Program-made: the position numbers and the translations under genes
Assembly: GCA_963668645.2 (NCBI GenBank)
Contig: CAXXWC010000019.1
Span: forward strand, 96,001-160,000
Length of the DNA: 64,000 nt
DNA from: Desulfobacterales bacterium
GTDB taxonomy: Bacteria > Desulfobacterota > Desulfobacteria > Desulfobacterales > UBA2174
Direction of reading: 5' to 3'
The notes under the pieces: model-generated
Databases searched by the model: none
What the model was told of the DNA's origin: nothing
The model's input: the letters and a program-made list of their open reading frames with translations, nothing else
Part shown: piece after piece, positions 60,382 to 64,000 of the stretch
Numbering within the stretch: the first letter of the stretch is position 1
Layout: every line of letters starts with the position of its first letter

Positions 60382-62472
60382 GTGTTCGAACAGATCAAGA
60401 AGCGCGACGGCCGCGTGGTTGAATTCGACTCATCCAAAATCACCGCCGCCATCGCCAAGGCCGGCAAGGCCACCGGTGAATTCACCGAACGCGAAGCGCG
60501 CAAGATGACCTTGAGGGTCTTGACCCTCAGCCACGAAATGCGCCTCGGGCCCCAGCCCGAGGTGGAAGAGGTCCAGGATATCGTGGAGCGGGTACTCCTC
60601 GATTCGCCCTACTACAAAACCGCCAAGGCCTACATCATCTACCGCGAGCAGCACGCCCAAATCCGCAGCATCACCACCCGTGCCAATGTACGCCTCGTGG
60701 AGCACTACATCGACAAGCTGGACTGGAAGATAAAAGAAAACAGCAACATGTGCTACAGCCTGCAGGGGCTCAACAACTACATCTCCTCGGATGTGACCTC
60801 CGAGTACTGGCTCAACTGCATCTATCCGCCGGAAATCCGCCGCGCCCACCGCGACGGCGACATGCACCTGCACGATTTGAGCCTGTTGAGCGTCTACTGT
60901 GTCGGCTGGGACCTGCAGGACCTGCTGCGGCAGGGCTTCACCGGCGTGGAGGGCAAGGTGGCCAGCGCCCCGCCCAAGCACCTGCGCTCGGCCCTGGGCC
61001 AGGTGGTCAACTTCTTTTACACCCTGCAGGGTGAAGCGGCCGGAGCCCAGGCCTTTTCCAGTTTCGACACCCTCCTGGCCCCCTTCATCGCCTATGACGG
61101 CCTCGATTACATTGAAGTGCGCCAGGCCATCCAGGAATTTATCTTCAACATCAACATCCCCACCCGCGTCGGGTTTCAGACCCCCTTTACCAACATCACC
61201 ATGGATCTGCAGCCGCCGGCCTCCCTCAGGGACCAGCCGGTGATGATCGGCGGCCGCTGCCAGGAGAAGGTCTACGGCGATTTCCAAAAGGAGATGGACC
61301 TGTTCAACCGGGCCTTTGCCGAAGTGATGATGGCCGGCGATGCCAACGGCCGGGTCTTTACCTTCCCCATTCCGACCTACAACATCACCGCCGATTTCGA
61401 TTGGGACAACCCCACCCTGGACCCGGTATGGCAGATGACCGCCAAGTACGGGATCCCCTATTTTTCAAATTTCATCAACTCGGACATGTCGCCGGACGAC
61501 GCCCGCTCCATGTGCTGCCGCCTGCGCCTGGACAACCGCGAGTTGAGAAGACGCGGCGGCGGCCTTTTCGGCGCCAACCCGCTGACCGGGTCCATCGGAG
61601 TGGTGACCCTCAACCTGCCCCGCATCGGCTATCTGGCAACCACCGAAGAAGAATTTTTCTCCCGTCTTGAACGCCTGGCCACCATGGCGGCCGAAAGCCT
61701 TGCCATCAAGCGCAAGGTGCTCGAGTCGTTCACCGAAAAGAACCTCTATCCTTACAGCCGGTTTTACCTGCACCAGATCAAGGCCCGTACCGGGGCCTAC
61801 TGGAAAAACCATTTTTCCACCATCGGCATCATCGGCATGAACGAGGCCTGCCTCAACTTTCTGGGCCGGGACCTGACCACCGAAGACGGCCAACAGTTCG
61901 CCCTGCGGGTAATGGCGGCCCTCAGAAATCAGATCACCGAACTCCAGGATCGCACCGGAGAGATTTTCAACCTGGAGGCCACCCCGGGCGAAGGGACTTC
62001 GTACCGGCTCTGCATGCTGGACAAACGGCACTACCCCCAGATCCTCTGCGCCAACGAAGCCCAGCTGAGCCAGGGCGCCAGTCCTTACTATACCAACTCG
62101 AGCCAGTTGCCGGTCCAATATACGGAAGATCTGTTCGAAACCTTACGCTTGCAGGACGAACTGCAGGCGCAATACACCGGCGGCACGGTGCTGCATATCT
62201 TCCTGGGCGAGCAGGTGCGGGATATCCAAGCCCTCAAGGGCCTGGTGCGCAAGGTGGCCACCAACTACCGCCTGCCCTATTTCACCCTGACCCCCACTTT
62301 CAGCGTCTGCCCACAGCACGGATACATCGCCGGCCAGCATACCTGCTGCGAACGCTGTACATGCCAAACCGAGGTCAGCTCGGGAGTGGTTCCCTACCTG
62401 CACCCTCTGGCCAGACAGCAAGGGCAGCAAGCGACCGACGGCCTCCGGGACAAGACACCCAGCGTTGCGTGA
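60382..62472 (+). CDS. nrdD: Class III anaerobic ribonucleoside-triphosphate reductase with degenerate glycyl-radical motif
   Basis: ATP cone (IKKRDGRVVEFD), HLHDL..YC, FTFPIPT, SMCCRL, GSIGVVTLN, EATPGE, YTGGT, CPQH..CERC; GTG start after AAGGAG. Confidence 0.92.
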   Translation: MFEQIKKRDGRVVEFDSSKITAAIAKAGKATGEFTEREARKMTLRVLTLSHEMRLGPQPEVEEVQDIVERVLLDSPYYKTAKAYIIYREQHAQIRSITTRANVRLVEHYIDKLDWKIKENSNMCYSLQGLNNYISSDVTSEYWLNCIYPPEIRRAHRDGDMHLHDLSLLSVYCVGWDLQDLLRQGFTGVEGKVASAPPKHLRSALGQVVNFFYTLQGEAAGAQAFSSFDTLLAPFIAYDGLDYIEVRQAIQEFIFNINIPTRVGFQTPFTNITMDLQPPASLRDQPVMIGGRCQEKVYGDFQKEMDLFNRAFAEVMMAGDANGRVFTFPIPTYNITADFDWDNPTLDPVWQMTAKYGIPYFSNFINSDMSPDDARSMCCRLRLDNRELRRRGGGLFGANPLTGSIGVVTLNLPRIGYLATTEEEFFSRLERLATMAAESLAIKRKVLESFTEKNLYPYSRFYLHQIKARTGAYWKNHFSTIGIIGMNEACLNFLGRDLTTEDGQQFALRVMAALRNQITELQDRTGEIFNLEATPGEGTSYRLCMLDKRHYPQILCANEAQLSQGASPYYTNSSQLPVQYTEDLFETLRLQDELQAQYTGGTVLHIFLGEQVRDIQALKGLVRKVATNYRLPYFTLTPTFSVCPQHGYIAGQHTCCERCTCQTEVSSGVVPYLHPLARQQGQQATDGLRDKTPSVA

Positions 62473-62482
62473 ACCTTCACCG

Positions 62483-62518
62483 GATCGGTCCGATCCGTCT
62501 GATCCGACCGATCCGTCC
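62483..62518. repeat. 9-bp-period tandem microarray
   Basis: gatcggtcc gatccgtct gatccgacc gatccgtcc. Confidence 0.7.
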
Positions 62519-62550
62519 AATGAAAATCCCTGAAATCTGACGATCTTCCC

Positions 62551-63249
62551 ATGCCCATCGCCGGCATCCAGAAAACCACCCTCATCGACTACCCGGGCAA
62601 GGTGGCCTGCACCGTCTTTTTCACCGGCTGCAATCTGACCTGCCCATACTGCCACAACCCGGATCTGGCCGCCGGCCGCATCCCGGCCAGTGGCGCTTTG
62701 AGCACCGAGGCCCTTTTTTCCTTCTTGCAGGAACGCAAAGATTTTCTTGAAGGCGTCGTTCTTTCCGGGGGAGAACCGACCCTGGCCCCGGAGCTGATGA
62801 CCGTCTGCAGGACCGTCAAAGCACTGGGGCTGGCGCTCAAACTCGACACCAACGGAAGGCGGCCGCAGGTCCTGGAAACCCTGCTGGCGGCCGGACTGGT
62901 CGATTACGCCGCCATGGACCTGAAAGCGCTGCCAGAGGACTATTTTCCGCACCTGAGCCCGCATCCTTGCGCCGGGGCCATCCGCGAATCGATCCGGCTA
63001 CTGGGAAGGTACGGGACGGACCACGAGTTTCGCACCACCTGCGCCCCGCCTTGGGTTGACGGACCGTGTCTTGCCGCCATGGGCCAGATCATCCGGGGGG
63101 CCCCCCTCTGGGCCTTGCAGACCCTTCAAACCGGTGTGATGCGTGATCCTTCGTTTTTGCCCTCCGCCCACGGTCCCATGACCGAGGCTGAAATGGCGTC
63201 TTTGCAGGCCATCGCCGCCCCCTTTGTCCAACGCTGCATCCTGCGCTGA
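62551..63249 (+). CDS. nrdG: Anaerobic RNR activating enzyme (radical SAM)
   Basis: LIDYPGK, GCNLTCPYCHN, SGGEPT, KLDTNG, EFRTT. Confidence 0.93.
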   Translation: MPIAGIQKTTLIDYPGKVACTVFFTGCNLTCPYCHNPDLAAGRIPASGALSTEALFSFLQERKDFLEGVVLSGGEPTLAPELMTVCRTVKALGLALKLDTNGRRPQVLETLLAAGLVDYAAMDLKALPEDYFPHLSPHPCAGAIRESIRLLGRYGTDHEFRTTCAPPWVDGPCLAAMGQIIRGAPLWALQTLQTGVMRDPSFLPSAHGPMTEAEMASLQAIAAPFVQRCILR

Positions 63250-63396
63250 TTCCGGGCCGGATTCCCCCGAGCACCCGCCACTTACGTTCATATACTGTAT
63301 TTCATTCATATTTTGCTTGACACCCTCGCGGCCACTTTCCTATGGTGGTCTTCCATCCAGCCAGCCAACCACCATAAAGACAAAGGAGAAAGCACG

Positions 63397-64000
63397 ATGA
63401 GCGACGCCTATGTCGAGGCTTGGGAGCAGTCGATCAAGGATCCGGAAAGTTTCTGGGGCAAAGCGGCGGAGGATATCCATTGGTACAAGCGCTGGGACAA
63501 GGTCCTGGACGACAGCCGGCCGCCTTTTTACCGGTGGTTTGTCGGTGGTGAGCTCAACACCTGCTACAATGCTTTAGACCGTCACGTGGAAGGCGGAAGG
63601 GCCGATCAGGCGGCCTTGATTTACGACAGTCCGGTTACGGGAACGATCAAGACGTTCACCTACCGTGAATTACGCGATCAGGTGGCGCTTTTTGCCGGAG
63701 TCCTGGCCTCCCAGGGCGTGGTCAAGGGCGATCGGGTGCTGATCTACATGCCGATGATTCCAGAAGCGGCGATGGCGATGCTGGCCTGCGCCCGCATCGG
63801 CGCCATCCACTCTGTGGTTTTCGGCGGTTTCGCGGCCAACGAGCTGGCCACCCGGATCAACGACGCCAAGCCCAAGGTCATCGTGTCGGCCTCCTGCGGC
63901 ATTGAGGTCAAACGGGTGATCGCCTACAAGCCGCTGCTGGATGAAGCCATCCGGCTTTCAAACGAAGGTGCCCGCCCCCAAAAAACCATCATCTTCCAAC
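63397..64000 (+). CDS. Propionyl-/acetyl-CoA synthetase, 5' part (runs off the window)
   Basis: Translated by hand: DPESFWG...RWFVGGELNTCYNALDRHV...ALIYDSPVT...GDRVLIYMPMIPEA..AMLACARIGAIHSVVFGGFA; AAGGAG RBS. Confidence 0.9.
   Translation, partial: MSDAYVEAWEQSIKDPESFWGKAAEDIHWYKRWDKVLDDSRPPFYRWFVGGELNTCYNALDRHVEGGRADQAALIYDSPVTGTIKTFTYRELRDQVALFAGVLASQGVVKGDRVLIYMPMIPEAAMAMLACARIGAIHSVVFGGFAANELATRINDAKPKVIVSASCGIEVKRVIAYKPLLDEAIRLSNEGARPQKTIIFQ

Noticed and set aside
62341..62550. Frameshifted or split nrdD tail carrying RxxGY in another frame
   Set aside because: The degenerate motif aligns in frame, and I saw no RxxGY in the other forward frames or in the nrdD-nrdG spacer.

Overview
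A GC-rich bacterial chromosome segment. Gene content and style suggest an anaerobic Desulfobacterota-like organism (inference only). Left to right it holds: the end of a surface-polysaccharide operon (GT4/GT2 glycosyltransferases, wzm, gmd, epimerase, MarR-type wHTH regulator); two ComEA-type HhH proteins; manA-clpA-clpS, secA, folD; a TRAP transporter; argC and a Liv-type ABC transporter; pyk, holA, lspA, ileS; tilS-ftsH-folP-coaX; a pilT/pilU-like pair with a zinc-ribbon pseudo-receiver gene; a divergent locus with a GntR/FadR regulator, a W/Mo aldehyde:ferredoxin oxidoreductase, a sulfur carrier and a two-subunit flavin/Fe-S amine dehydrogenase; a FecR-OmpA-CHASE2/HD-GYP signalling triad; proC-ccdA-Nudix; NrdR-boxed nrdD-nrdG; and the start of an acyl-CoA synthetase. 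Three observations stand out. (1) NrdD has lost its glycyl-radical motif (SRxxGY reads SGVVPY) while its core Cys motifs, its activase and its NrdR boxes are intact. (2) Twin AATGGTTwwACCATT palindromes overlap both divergent promoters and link the AOR and amine dehydrogenase operons into one putative pathway. (3) The FecR/OmpA/CHASE2-HD-GYP genes look like a trans-envelope signalling module. Two REP-like families and several 9-bp-period microarrays lie in intergenic gaps. I recognised no rRNA, tRNA, transposase or true CRISPR-Cas locus. All family calls come from motif recognition, not database searches.
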